Virus record (IMG/VR): IMGVR_UViG_3300027996_000011
Span: 31,728 to 95,727 of that record
DNA: 64,000 nt
Origin: a virus
Direction: 5' to 3' (one strand)
Below are positions 10,107 through 20,196 of the stretch, piece after piece (the stretch's first letter is position 1; the number at the start of each line of letters is the position of its first letter). The notes beneath the pieces are model-generated. The model saw nothing but the letters and a program-made list of their open reading frames with translations. It was not told where the DNA came from and searched no databases. Position numbers and translations under genes: made by a program.

Positions 10107-10810
10107 AAAATGAATTATGTATACACCACCACTTAGGTTTAGGTGACCATTTTGATATGAACGGTATGGTTAGAAATTACCTTAAGGAATATGACAAAGT
10201 ACATATTTTTTCTAAACCAAATTACTACAAAATGATTGATTACATGTATAGGGATGAAGATAATATTTTAGTAGTTGAGATTCCTGGTGGTCCACAGGAG
10301 GTAATGCAGGCTGAGGAATATTATAGAAATAGTAATTGTGGTGAATTTTTGAGAATTGGTTTTGAGCATTATCCCTTTGGGCAAGAAGAATTATATGATA
10401 AGAATTGTTGGGAGTTTTTTTATGAACAGGTTGACGTTCCTTATGAAGTTAGAACTGATATGTTTCACGTGAAACGTGACAAAGAAGGTGAAAATACACT
10501 ACTTACTAAACTAAATCCAAACAAAGAAAAATTTATCTTTGTACATGATGATAAATCTAGGGGGTTCGAAGTTAGACGTAATTATTTTTTAGATAAAAAT
10601 TTATTAGTTTTAGAAAATGATGTTAGTGAAAATATTTTTCACTTTATAAAATTAATAGAAGAAGCTGAAGAAATACATTGTATGGAAAGTTCTATGAAGT
10701 CATTGATTGACCTTTATGCTAAAACTGATAATATTTTTTACCACGATTTTAGAAATCAGCCTATTGGTAACTTAACTCACAAAAAATGGAATGTCATAAA
10801 GTATGACTGA
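10103..10810 (+). CDS. Putative GT-B-like glycan-modifying protein
   Basis: HHHLGLGD N-terminal motif and EIHCMESS resemble the GT9-like GD and DS motifs; locus context. Confidence 0.5.
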   Translation: MKNELCIHHHLGLGDHFDMNGMVRNYLKEYDKVHIFSKPNYYKMIDYMYRDEDNILVVEIPGGPQEVMQAEEYYRNSNCGEFLRIGFEHYPFGQEELYDKNCWEFFYEQVDVPYEVRTDMFHVKRDKEGENTLLTKLNPNKEKFIFVHDDKSRGFEVRRNYFLDKNLLVLENDVSENIFHFIKLIEEAEEIHCMESSMKSLIDLYAKTDNIFYHDFRNQPIGNLTHKKWNVIKYD

Positions 10811-11639
10811 GTTAATAAATTATAACTTTATGACTAGACCCGCATCTCATTGTGTGGATTCTTCTGAAGAATTTTACAATTCTTGTGGTGTAAGTAGGGG
10901 GAACAAAAATGGGTTTTCCATAGAAACATTAAAAGATGGTGATGTTATTTTTGTAAAAACAGACTTTATACATAACGGTACGTTCCAAAAACAAATACTA
11001 CCACAAATAAAAACAAAATTTATTTTAGTTACTGGGGTATCTTCTTTTTCTGTTGACGAGGGGGATAGTTCGTACTTGGATATTTTAAATCACCCTAACT
11101 TAGTTAAATGGTTTTGTACTAACCCACCCATTAAACCCAACGAAAAAATAGTTTGGTTACCTATTGGGTTTGAGGAACGTGAACGTGATGGGGGTAATGT
11201 TAAAATTTTAAATAATTTTTACAAAAGCCACACGCCTTGGGATAAAAAAGAAAATAAAATTTACATACCTCACCATTCTAATACGTTTAAAGATAGAAAT
11301 TCTATAATAGAAAAATTATCTTTAGAGTCTTATGTAGTAACCGAACCAACTAGACTTTCTTTTGAGGAGTATCTAAAAAATATGGACAAGTATAAGTTTG
11401 TTTTGTCTTTGCGGGGTGCTGGGTGGGATTGTCATAGACACTATGAATGTTTACTAGTTGGTTCCGTGCCAATTATGGAAAAAGGCCCAATTCAAAAGTC
11501 TTTCGAAAGTAATGGTTTACCTAATTTAGAAATAGGTGAAATTTCACAGAATATATTTGATGACCATTATAATTTTTTATCAAGTAAGAATTTCTTGACA
11601 ATGGACCATCATTTTAATAAAATTAACAATATAAAATAA
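10803..11639 (+). CDS. Exostosin/GT47-like glycosyltransferase
   Basis: YKFVLSLRGAGWDCHRHYECLLVGSVPI. Confidence 0.7.
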   Translation: MTELINYNFMTRPASHCVDSSEEFYNSCGVSRGNKNGFSIETLKDGDVIFVKTDFIHNGTFQKQILPQIKTKFILVTGVSSFSVDEGDSSYLDILNHPNLVKWFCTNPPIKPNEKIVWLPIGFEERERDGGNVKILNNFYKSHTPWDKKENKIYIPHHSNTFKDRNSIIEKLSLESYVVTEPTRLSFEEYLKNMDKYKFVLSLRGAGWDCHRHYECLLVGSVPIMEKGPIQKSFESNGLPNLEIGEISQNIFDDHYNFLSSKNFLTMDHHFNKINNIK

Positions 11640-11646
11640 TAATACT

Positions 11647-12555
11647 ATGATAGACATATCTTTTGATAAAAACCCAATCCTTTATAGAGATTATGAAGCG
11701 TGTCAAAACATGCTATCTACTATAAAAAATGAAGACTATAATTACCCAGAAAACGTAACTTTATTTCACATATACACCGAATTTAGAACAGATAAAGAGG
11801 TAGAATGTTTAAAGTCTTTTTTGGCTACACAAAACCTAGATAAATGTAAGCTTATAATTTGGTCGGATTACGATATAAACGATAATCCACTAATCCAAAA
11901 ATATAAAAAATATTTAGATTTACGTTTATGGGACGCTAAAAAAGAAGCTGAGGGTACTGTTTTAGAAGGTATACCACATTTAGATGCTATAGATGATAAA
12001 CACTACCTACAAAGTGATTTATTAAGAATATTAGTTCTTTATAAGTATGGGGGTGTGTGGGTTGATATGGATATTATATTTTTAAGGGACTTTAGACCTA
12101 TCTTAGACCAAGAATATATGTACCAATGGGGTGGTGATACCGATTTTTCAAACCAGGGAGCTTGTGCTACGGTACTTTCCGGTTTTAAAGAAAGTGAGTT
12201 TATGTTTAAACTATTACAAGGAATAGTAGAGTCTAGAATTATTCCAGCTACTACAATATGGGGTAAAGATTTGTTCGCTACGTTATGGAAAAAATGGCCT
12301 AATTTTACTATTTTTCCATCACCATTTTTTAATACGGAATGGTTAATTAGTAAAAAAGATGTTAAATTAAGTGAAGATATAGAAAGTGGTTGGTTTATTA
12401 ATAATGGTGTTGGGGACAAACATTTATTTTTAGATTCATTTGCTTGGCACTGGCATAACTCAAGTAAAAAACATTTACCAATACAAGAGGGGTCTAAATT
12501 TTATGCTTTACAAAAATTAACAAATAAAAGATTAAAAGAAAAAGGAATATTATGA
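11647..12555 (+). CDS. GT32 (DxD) glycosyltransferase
   Basis: SDLLRILVLYKYGGVWVDMD, WG..L, WHWHN. Confidence 0.85.
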   Translation: MIDISFDKNPILYRDYEACQNMLSTIKNEDYNYPENVTLFHIYTEFRTDKEVECLKSFLATQNLDKCKLIIWSDYDINDNPLIQKYKKYLDLRLWDAKKEAEGTVLEGIPHLDAIDDKHYLQSDLLRILVLYKYGGVWVDMDIIFLRDFRPILDQEYMYQWGGDTDFSNQGACATVLSGFKESEFMFKLLQGIVESRIIPATTIWGKDLFATLWKKWPNFTIFPSPFFNTEWLISKKDVKLSEDIESGWFINNGVGDKHLFLDSFAWHWHNSSKKHLPIQEGSKFYALQKLTNKRLKEKGIL

Positions 12556-12938
12556 AAATAGAGGTTTCAATAGGAGAAGTGGTTGATAAGATTACCATAC
12601 TACAGATTAAAGAAGAAAAAATTATAGATTTATTAAAACTAGAACATATAAAGCATGAATTATTGGTTTTAGAAAATACGCTTACAGAATCAAAAATAGT
12701 GGTACCTATAAATCTAATAGAAAAACTTAAAGAAGTTAATTTAAAATTGTGGGATGCTGAAGATATTATACGTGATAGGGAAAATAGGAATTTATTTGAC
12801 GATGAATTTGTTAAATGTGCAAGACTAGACGCTAAGTTAAACGACGAAAGATTTTTAATTAAGAATGAAATAAATAATGCTTGTGAATCTAACATTAAAG
12901 AACAAAAATCATATGAGGGACTTTATTCCGCAAATTGA
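12552..12938 (+). CDS. DUF6165-like helical protein
   Basis: VSIGEVVDKITILQIK...VNLKLWDAED...NDERF..K..IN pattern. Confidence 0.7.
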   Translation: MKIEVSIGEVVDKITILQIKEEKIIDLLKLEHIKHELLVLENTLTESKIVVPINLIEKLKEVNLKLWDAEDIIRDRENRNLFDDEFVKCARLDAKLNDERFLIKNEINNACESNIKEQKSYEGLYSAN

Positions 12939-14013
12939 GCCTTGGATAGACGATAATGAATTAAAACACTTAAAGAGAGTGGTGGATTCTACCTATGTTG
13001 TGGAACACGAACTAACTAAGGAATTTGAGTCTGTAATTAAGGAGTATACTGGTAGTAAACACGCTGTAGCCATGACTAATGGTACTATGGCTTTATATTC
13101 TTGCCTATTAGCTTTAGGACTTAAACCTGGTGACGAAGTAATTGTACCTAATCTGACTTTTATAGCTAGTTCAAACGCTGTTTTAATGGCTAATGGGGTA
13201 CCTGTATTATGTGAGGTAACTAAAGACACTTTGTGTTTGGACCCTGTTGAATTAGAGAAATGCATAACTAAGAAAACTAAGATAATAATGCCAGTACACC
13301 TATATGGTCAAAGTGCTGATATGAAATCAATTACAGAAATAGCTAAAAAATATAATTTAAAAATATTAGAGGATGCGGCACAGGGTGTTGGTGTTTTTTC
13401 TGGTGGTAAACATGTTGGTACTTTTGGGGATTGCGGGATACTTTCTTTTTATGGTAATAAAACAATTACTTGTGGTGAAGGGGGTGTTATTTTAACAGAC
13501 GATGATGAAATAGCTAAAGAATGTTATAGGTTAAAAAATCACGGTAGGGATAGAAAGGGTATTTTTGAACACGAGCATATAGGTTTTAATTTTTGTTTTA
13601 CTGAAATGCAAGCCGCTATTGGGATATCTCAAATGGAAAAATTAGATAGAATAATAGATAGAAAAAATACTTGTCACGAAAAATACAAAAGTGGTTTAGT
13701 GGGTATTGGGGACCTATCTTTCTTTGAGTTTACTGAGTCTACCCGACCTGTTCACTGGTTTACATCGATATTAACTAGTTACAAAATAGAACTTTCTGAT
13801 TATCTTTTAGAAAAAGGGATACAAAGTAGGTTTTTCTTTTATCCCCTTAATTTACAACCTTGTTATAAAAACGTTTTAGATACTAGTGGGGACTTTAATA
13901 TTAGTAGTGAAATGTATGATAAAGGTTTGTCGTTACCATCCAGTTATAACTTAACAGATGAGGAACAAAATTATGTTATTAAAACAATTAAAGAATTTTT
14001 TAAAAAGAAATGA
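12913..14013 (+). CDS. perA: DegT/DnrJ aminotransferase, GDP-perosamine synthase-like
   Basis: NGTMAL, PVHLYG, EDAAQ, SFYGNKTITCGEGG with catalytic Lys retained; start ATG12913. Confidence 0.8.
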   Translation: MRDFIPQIEPWIDDNELKHLKRVVDSTYVVEHELTKEFESVIKEYTGSKHAVAMTNGTMALYSCLLALGLKPGDEVIVPNLTFIASSNAVLMANGVPVLCEVTKDTLCLDPVELEKCITKKTKIIMPVHLYGQSADMKSITEIAKKYNLKILEDAAQGVGVFSGGKHVGTFGDCGILSFYGNKTITCGEGGVILTDDDEIAKECYRLKNHGRDRKGIFEHEHIGFNFCFTEMQAAIGISQMEKLDRIIDRKNTCHEKYKSGLVGIGDLSFFEFTESTRPVHWFTSILTSYKIELSDYLLEKGIQSRFFFYPLNLQPCYKNVLDTSGDFNISSEMYDKGLSLPSSYNLTDEEQNYVIKTIKEFFKKK

Positions 14014-15164
14014 ATATACCATTAGTCAAAAATACAATAAATAAAGAAGATATAGATAAATTAATAGAGTGGTTAAAAACGTACCCTAGATTAACTAAAG
14101 GCGATTTAACAATAGAGTTTGAACAGTTATGGTCTAAATTTATGGGTGTAAAGCATTCTATTTTTGTTAATTCTGGTTCTTCTGCTAATCTAGTTATGGT
14201 TTATGCGTTAATAGAATCAGGTATTTTAAAAATAGGTGATGATATTATAATACCTTCACTATCCTGGTCTACAAGTTTAGCACCAGCTATACAGTTTGGA
14301 CTTAACCCAGTTTTATGTGATTGTAATAAGGAAGATTTATCGGTAGATTTAGAGCATCTGGTGTCTTTAATTAAAGATAGACAACCTAAATGTATGATGA
14401 TTGTACCTATATTAGGTCTAGTACCACAAATGGATAAAATAATGGATATCTGTGAAAAATATAACGTTGTTTTAATTGAGGATGCTTGTGAGTCTTTAGG
14501 TTCTAAATTTAATGATAAAAAATTAGGTTCTTTTGGGTTAATGTCGACTTTTTCAACTTATTTTGGTCATCACATATCTACTATCGAAGGTGGTATGGTT
14601 TGTACTAATGATGATGATTTTGCTAACTTATTAAAATCACTTAGAAGTCATGGTTGGGCTAGAGACATGGATACAAATGCTCAAGAAAAATTACGTAAAG
14701 AATATAATGTGGATGATTTTAATACACAATATACTTTTTACCACACTGGATTTAATTTACGGTCCACCGACCTTCAGGCTTTTCTTGGTATAGGTCAATT
14801 AGAAAAATTACCTATGGTGGTAAAAAATAGGTGTGATAATTTTAAACTATATTATGAATTATTGGATGACTCTTTTTGGAAACCAAAGCTAAGAGACACT
14901 GATTACATTTCAAATTTCGCTTTTCCAATAATACACGAAAAAAGAAATGAGTTAGTAAAACTATTAAATGATAATAATATAGAAAACAGACCATTACTAG
15001 CTGGTTCTTTAGGTAAACAACCCTATTGGTATAAAAAATATGGTATAAATAAGTTACCTAATGTAGATGATATAGATACCTTTGGATTATATCTACCTAA
15101 TAATCACGAAATGTCAGAAGAAGAAATAAAAAAAGTTTGTAACGTCTTAAACTCCATAGTATAA
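14010..15164 (+). CDS. colD: GDP-4-keto-6-deoxy-D-mannose 3-dehydratase (ColD-like)
   Basis: VNSGSSANL, EDACES, STYFGHHISTIEGG with His replacing the PLP Lys, SHGW, GFNLR; adjacent to gmm/gmd/fcl. Confidence 0.8.
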   Translation: MNIPLVKNTINKEDIDKLIEWLKTYPRLTKGDLTIEFEQLWSKFMGVKHSIFVNSGSSANLVMVYALIESGILKIGDDIIIPSLSWSTSLAPAIQFGLNPVLCDCNKEDLSVDLEHLVSLIKDRQPKCMMIVPILGLVPQMDKIMDICEKYNVVLIEDACESLGSKFNDKKLGSFGLMSTFSTYFGHHISTIEGGMVCTNDDDFANLLKSLRSHGWARDMDTNAQEKLRKEYNVDDFNTQYTFYHTGFNLRSTDLQAFLGIGQLEKLPMVVKNRCDNFKLYYELLDDSFWKPKLRDTDYISNFAFPIIHEKRNELVKLLNDNNIENRPLLAGSLGKQPYWYKKYGINKLPNVDDIDTFGLYLPNNHEMSEEEIKKVCNVLNSIV

Positions 15165-15607
15165 TGAGTGAGGCAAAACCAATACCCCAAGACTTATATA
15201 ATGAAATTTTGAGTACCATGCCTATAATTTGTGTAGATGGGATTATACAAAAAGGGGATGAGACACTTTTATTATTAAGGGATAATGAACCTGAAAAAGG
15301 TAAATGGTGGTTTCCTGGTGGTCGTGTTTTAAAAGGTGAAAGATTGGAAGATGCTATTATTAGAAAGATAAAAGAGGAGACTGGTTTACTTTGTGAAGTT
15401 TTAGAAATGTTAGACATCACCCAAACATCATTTACAACAGGACCTAATGATATACCAGTACACACAATTAATGTCTGCTTTACTTTAAAAATAAAAAGTG
15501 GTGTCGTATCTCTAGATAGTGAACATAATGAGTATGGTTGGTTTACAGAAGCTCCAGAGACCGCACATTCAGTAATAAAATATATTTTTAAAAAATTAAA
15601 AAAATGA
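15164..15607 (+). CDS. gmm: GDP-mannose mannosyl hydrolase-like Nudix
   Basis: PIICVD, LRDNEP, WFPGGRVLKGE, REIKEETG-type Nudix box, LDSEH. Confidence 0.8.
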   Translation: MSEAKPIPQDLYNEILSTMPIICVDGIIQKGDETLLLLRDNEPEKGKWWFPGGRVLKGERLEDAIIRKIKEETGLLCEVLEMLDITQTSFTTGPNDIPVHTINVCFTLKIKSGVVSLDSEHNEYGWFTEAPETAHSVIKYIFKKLKK

Positions 15608-16578
15608 AAACAGCACTAATAACAGGTATTAACGGTCAGGATGGTTCTTATCTTGCTGAATTTTTATTGGATAAGGGTTATGAGGTTTGGGGTATACTAA
15701 AACGTAATTCTGTGGCCGAAAATCAAACAGCTAGAATACCAGATAATATTTTTAAAGAGTTGAATTTAGTTTATGGTGATTTAACTGACCTTTCGTCTAT
15801 AATAAGTGTAATTCAAAAATGTGTACCTGATGAAATTTATAATCTAGCTGCACAATCTCATGTTAGGATTAGTTTTGACCAACCAATATATACTTCTAAT
15901 GTAACTGGTCTAGGTGTTTTAAATTTACTAGAAGCTGTTAGATTAACTGACCCTAAAATTAAAGTATACCAAGCCAGTTCTTCAGAAATGTTTGGTAATA
16001 GTATTGATGAGGATGGGTACCAACGAGAGACCACACCACTTAACCCTGTTTCACCATATGGTTGTGCTAAGGTTTTTGGTTACAACATATGTAGAAATTA
16101 TAGAAACTCGTATAATATGTTCATTTCTAATGGTATTTTATTTAACCACGAATCACCTAGAAGAGGAATTAATTTTGTAACAAATAAAGTCGCGAAAGAG
16201 GCTGTAAAAATAAAATTGGGGTTGTCTGATGAATTAAAATTAGGTAATTTAGATGCTAGTCGGGATTGGGGTCACGCTAAAGATTACGTTGAAGCGATGT
16301 GGTTAATGTTACAACAGGATAAACCTGGTGATTATGTTTGTTCGACTGGTGTTTCTCATAGTGTAAAAGACTTGGTAGAGTACGTGTTCAACTCATTAGG
16401 GTTGGATTGGTCCAAATATGTATCTGTGGATGAAAAATATCTTAGACCCGAAGAACTAAAACACTTAAAAGGTGATTGTTCTAAAATTAAAAAGGATTTG
16501 GGTTGGTCACCTAATTATAACTTCGAGTCTATGATGGACGAGATGATTGAGTATTGGGTAGAATATTATGAAAAATAA
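15604..16578 (+). CDS. gmd: GDP-mannose 4,6-dehydratase
   Basis: TGINGQDGSYLAE, NLAAQSHV, QASSSE, SPYGCAK, FNHESPRRG, RDWGHA. Confidence 0.98.
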   Translation: MKTALITGINGQDGSYLAEFLLDKGYEVWGILKRNSVAENQTARIPDNIFKELNLVYGDLTDLSSIISVIQKCVPDEIYNLAAQSHVRISFDQPIYTSNVTGLGVLNLLEAVRLTDPKIKVYQASSSEMFGNSIDEDGYQRETTPLNPVSPYGCAKVFGYNICRNYRNSYNMFISNGILFNHESPRRGINFVTNKVAKEAVKIKLGLSDELKLGNLDASRDWGHAKDYVEAMWLMLQQDKPGDYVCSTGVSHSVKDLVEYVFNSLGLDWSKYVSVDEKYLRPEELKHLKGDCSKIKKDLGWSPNYNFESMMDEMIEYWVEYYEK

Positions 16579-17482
16579 TTTAGTTACTTTAGTTACTGGT
16601 GGTAGTGGGTTAGTTGGTTCTTCAATAACCGGTAACACCCTTAAGGTTGGTAGTAGTTTTGATTTACGAGATACATCTGTAACCAATAAACTATTTTCGG
16701 ACCTACAACCAGATAATGTTATACATTGTGCTGGTAGGGTAGGTGGTTTAGGTGGTAATATGAATATGAAGGGAGAATTTTTCTACGATAACATAATGAT
16801 TAATACTAATGTTATAGAATCATGTAGGAAATACGGTGTAAAAAAATTAGTTTGTTTTTTATCTACTTGTGTGTTCCCTAATGATGTTGAGTATCCACTG
16901 ACTGAAAAGAAAATTCATTTGGGTCCACCACACACCTCAAACGATGCTTACTCATATGCAAAACGTATGGCTGATATACAAATTCGTGCATACAGAGAAC
17001 AATACGGTCTTAATTACGTATCAGTTATACCAACTAACATATATGGACCTAACGATAATTTTGATTTGGTTAATGGGCATGTTGTGCCTTCATTAATTCA
17101 TAAATGTTATTTGGCTAAAAAAAATAACACACCTTTTAAAATATGGGGTAGTGGTAAACCTTTAAGAGAATTTATTTTTTCTAAAGATGTAGGAAAATTA
17201 ACAGAATGGGTTTTAAAAAACTATGAAGAGGAAGAACCTATTATATTTTCTACCTCACAAGAAGTTTCAATAAGAGATGTGGTTGGTTTGATTGTTAAAC
17301 ACATGTCTTTTACTGGTGACGTAGTTTGGGAGGATGATAAACCTGATGGACAATTTAGAAAACCTAGTGATAATAGTAAATTATTATCTTACTTACCGGA
17401 TTTTAAATTTACTAGTTTAGATAAAGGTTTAAAAGAAACTATAGATTGGTTTATAGATAATTATGAAAATTGTAGAAAATAA
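16568..17482 (+). CDS. fcl: GDP-L-fucose synthase / GDP-colitose synthase (Fcl/ColC) epimerase-reductase
   Basis: TGGSGLVG, VGGLGGN, LSTCVFP, YSYAKR, PTNIYGPNDNF, HVVP, GSGKPLREF, KPDG. Confidence 0.93.
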   Translation: MKNNLVTLVTGGSGLVGSSITGNTLKVGSSFDLRDTSVTNKLFSDLQPDNVIHCAGRVGGLGGNMNMKGEFFYDNIMINTNVIESCRKYGVKKLVCFLSTCVFPNDVEYPLTEKKIHLGPPHTSNDAYSYAKRMADIQIRAYREQYGLNYVSVIPTNIYGPNDNFDLVNGHVVPSLIHKCYLAKKNNTPFKIWGSGKPLREFIFSKDVGKLTEWVLKNYEEEEPIIFSTSQEVSIRDVVGLIVKHMSFTGDVVWEDDKPDGQFRKPSDNSKLLSYLPDFKFTSLDKGLKETIDWFIDNYENCRK

Positions 17483-17500
17483 AAATTTAAATAAATAATA

Positions 17501-18238
17501 ATGGGAAGAAGAAGTAAAAAATTAAGTAGAGATGAACAACAAGAAGTAGAAGAGTGGATTTACCAAAATAACACTGAAGAAATTAGAATGACTGACACTA
17601 TGACCATAAATGTTAAGTGTAAAACAGAAAATCAAAAATCCTTAGTAAATTCTATAAAAGAAAAAGAAGTAACTATATGTTCTGGTCCAGCTGGAACGGG
17701 TAAAACATTTTTAGCTTGTGCCGAGGCTTTAAAATTAATTAAAAGATATGCAAAATATAAAAAGATTGTAATTGTAAAGTCAGTTACCACCCTAAAGAAT
17801 GAAGAAATTGGTTTTTTAAAAGGTAATTTAAGGGAGAAGATGGAACCGTTTATGTTTTCTTTTGTTCATAATTTTGAGAAGATTGTGGGACAAGCTATAA
17901 CATCAAGACTTAGGGAGTTAAAAACTATAGAAGAAATGCCTATCGCGTATATGAGGGGTATTAATCTAGATAAGTCAATTATAATTATAGATGAGGCTCA
18001 AAATATATCTCAAGAAAATATGAGGACAATACTAACTAGGTTAGGTAAGGATTCTAAAATGATATTCTTAGGTGATGAAAGACAACAAGATTCTAAAGGT
18101 GGTAATGGATTAACTTTTTTAATGGACCATTTTTCACACATTGATGAAATTGGGTGTGTCCAATTTAACAAATCTGATGTGGTTAGAAATCCATTAATAG
18201 CAAAAATAGAAAGAGTTTTTGATTCTTTACAAAAATAA
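17501..18238 (+). CDS. phoH: PhoH-family ATPase
   Basis: GPAGTGKT, IGFLKG, YMRG, DEAQN, LTRLG, GD..Q.D, DVVRN. Confidence 0.95.
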   Translation: MGRRSKKLSRDEQQEVEEWIYQNNTEEIRMTDTMTINVKCKTENQKSLVNSIKEKEVTICSGPAGTGKTFLACAEALKLIKRYAKYKKIVIVKSVTTLKNEEIGFLKGNLREKMEPFMFSFVHNFEKIVGQAITSRLRELKTIEEMPIAYMRGINLDKSIIIIDEAQNISQENMRTILTRLGKDSKMIFLGDERQQDSKGGNGLTFLMDHFSHIDEIGCVQFNKSDVVRNPLIAKIERVFDSLQK

Positions 18239-18259
18239 GATTTATAATTAGGTTTAAAT

Positions 18260-18838
18260 ATGAAAATTAGTGTAAATATAAATGGTGTACTTAGAAACGT
18301 ACTTTTAAAATTTCAACAGGTTTATGAGAAATACGAAGATAGGGATGTTAAGTCCGATGTCATCACACCAAACCTTATGGAATACACTCATTTTGACGAT
18401 GAAGAAAAACTATACAATTTTTTATATCAGGAAGCACCCATGGAGATATTTGGACAAGCTAAAGAAACATTCATTAATGTTATTTCTCACTTAGTAGAAC
18501 TTTACAAAAATATGCCATCTGATTATAAATTAAGGGTTGTAAGTGATGATTTAGGTAAAGCTAAACCCGCTACATTATGGTTTTTAGCAAAATATGGTTT
18601 AGTTTGTGATGAAATAGTATTTTACAACACAAAGACCTTAGAAAACATTTGGGACAATACTGATGTTTTTATAACAAGTGATGTTGATGTTATTGAGTCT
18701 AAGCCAAAAAATAAAAAATTAATAGTTGTTGACCAATCGTATAATAATTCATATGATTGTGACTTACGAATAACTAATTTAAAAGAATTAGATACATTAA
18801 ATATAGAAGATATATGGCGATTAAAAGAGATACATTAA
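18260..18838 (+). CDS. HAD-fold 5'(3')-nucleotidase-like protein with degenerate motif I
   Basis: ISVNINGVLRN aligns with I.IDIDGVLRD; ATLWFL..YG and SYN elements; catalytic Asp residues replaced by Asn. Confidence 0.6.
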   Translation: MKISVNINGVLRNVLLKFQQVYEKYEDRDVKSDVITPNLMEYTHFDDEEKLYNFLYQEAPMEIFGQAKETFINVISHLVELYKNMPSDYKLRVVSDDLGKAKPATLWFLAKYGLVCDEIVFYNTKTLENIWDNTDVFITSDVDVIESKPKNKKLIVVDQSYNNSYDCDLRITNLKELDTLNIEDIWRLKEIH

Positions 18839-19116
18839 CTAATTTAAAGTTAAATGTTGGTAATGAACGTCTTTACTTAGACGTTGATGAGATGCTGGGT
18901 AATGTGGAAATATTTACCCGTGACAAAGAAGGTAGAGATATCATTGAATTGAACTTACCAAAATTTGAATTTTTTAAAATGATGTTAGATACGGTTTGTA
19001 ATACTGTAGAAGATGTAGATGATAATTTGGGTGTGGTGTCCTTAAATAAATTACCTGTTTCGTCTAAATTGGCGATTAACACCTTAATAAAATATAAAAT
19101 AATAAAAAAATTATAA
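18814..19116 (+). CDS. Hypothetical protein
   Basis: 100-aa ORF in operon. Confidence 0.7.
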   Translation: MAIKRDTLTNLKLNVGNERLYLDVDEMLGNVEIFTRDKEGRDIIELNLPKFEFFKMMLDTVCNTVEDVDDNLGVVSLNKLPVSSKLAINTLIKYKIIKKL

Positions 19117-19122
19117 TTAAAT

Positions 19123-20184
19123 ATGGAACAACAATTAACTCAATTAGAGAACGGTTTAAAAAAAATTAAAAACAAAGAGAGTATGATTTATTTCTTAACT
19201 CAAGACACTAATGGGACTGCATCTGCTTCTGTTGCAAATACCTATCAGTATGTAAAATACCTAAGAGAAGCTGGTTACAAAGCAGAAATCTTGTATGAAA
19301 AGAAAGACTATAAAGGTGTGGGTGAATGGTTAGGTTCAGAATACACTGAATTACCACATTGTACTATAGAGGATGGTGAATTAAAAGTTGGTCCAGCAGA
19401 TGTTGTTGTGGTACCAGAATTGTACGGCCATGTATTAGAACAAATAACAAATATGCCTTGTACCAAAATAATGTTTAGTCAAGCTTATGATTACATTTTA
19501 GAAACTTTAAATCCTGGTTTTGGTTGGTCTAATTACGGTGTTACTAAATGTATAACAACATCTGATGCCCAAAAAGAAGAAATTAAAAAATTATTTCCAA
19601 CTGTAGAATCAACAGTAATCACACCCTCAATCCCAAGTTATTTTAAACCAAGTGAAAAACCTAAAAAGCCAATGATTGCTGTACATACTAGAGACCAAAG
19701 GGATACTATGAAGATTATTAAATCTTTTTACCTACAAAACCCACAATTTAAATGGATTACATTTAGAGATATGAGAGGTTTATCTAGAGAAGAATTTGCT
19801 AAAAATTTAGGTGAAGCATGTGCATCAATATGGGTGGATAGAATATCTAGTTTTGGTACTTTCCCATTGGAGTCTATGATGTGTAATACACCTTGTATCG
19901 GAACGCTTCCTATTATGAAACCTGAATGGTTAACTGAAGAGAATGGTATATGGGTTTTTGACGAATCTAAGGTTGTTGAGGTTATAGCTGGATTCTTAAA
20001 GAATTGGTTGGAGGATTCCGTACCAGTAAATTTATATGAAAAAATGAAAAAAACTACCGAAATGATATCGGAAGATAAAGAATCTAAGGAAGTGGTGAAA
20101 TTCTTTGACACTTTATTTGGTGAAAAATCTGTGGAGTTTGATTCCGCAATAAATAAACTTACACCTGTAAGTGAAAACTCTTAA
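19123..20184 (+). CDS. GT-B (GT4-like) glycosyltransferase
   Basis: VVVPE, SSFGTFPLESMMCNTPCIG (variant of E-x-FG-x3-LEAM). Confidence 0.8.
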   Translation: MEQQLTQLENGLKKIKNKESMIYFLTQDTNGTASASVANTYQYVKYLREAGYKAEILYEKKDYKGVGEWLGSEYTELPHCTIEDGELKVGPADVVVVPELYGHVLEQITNMPCTKIMFSQAYDYILETLNPGFGWSNYGVTKCITTSDAQKEEIKKLFPTVESTVITPSIPSYFKPSEKPKKPMIAVHTRDQRDTMKIIKSFYLQNPQFKWITFRDMRGLSREEFAKNLGEACASIWVDRISSFGTFPLESMMCNTPCIGTLPIMKPEWLTEENGIWVFDESKVVEVIAGFLKNWLEDSVPVNLYEKMKKTTEMISEDKESKEVVKFFDTLFGEKSVEFDSAINKLTPVSENS

Positions 20185-20196
20185 AAAAATATTAAA

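Noticed and set aside
1721-17482. Bacterial O-antigen or capsule locus (host chromosome or chimeric assembly)
   Set aside because: No wzx/wzy/ABC/priming transferase; continuous operon-style packing from dUTPase through PhoH to the phage late sigma
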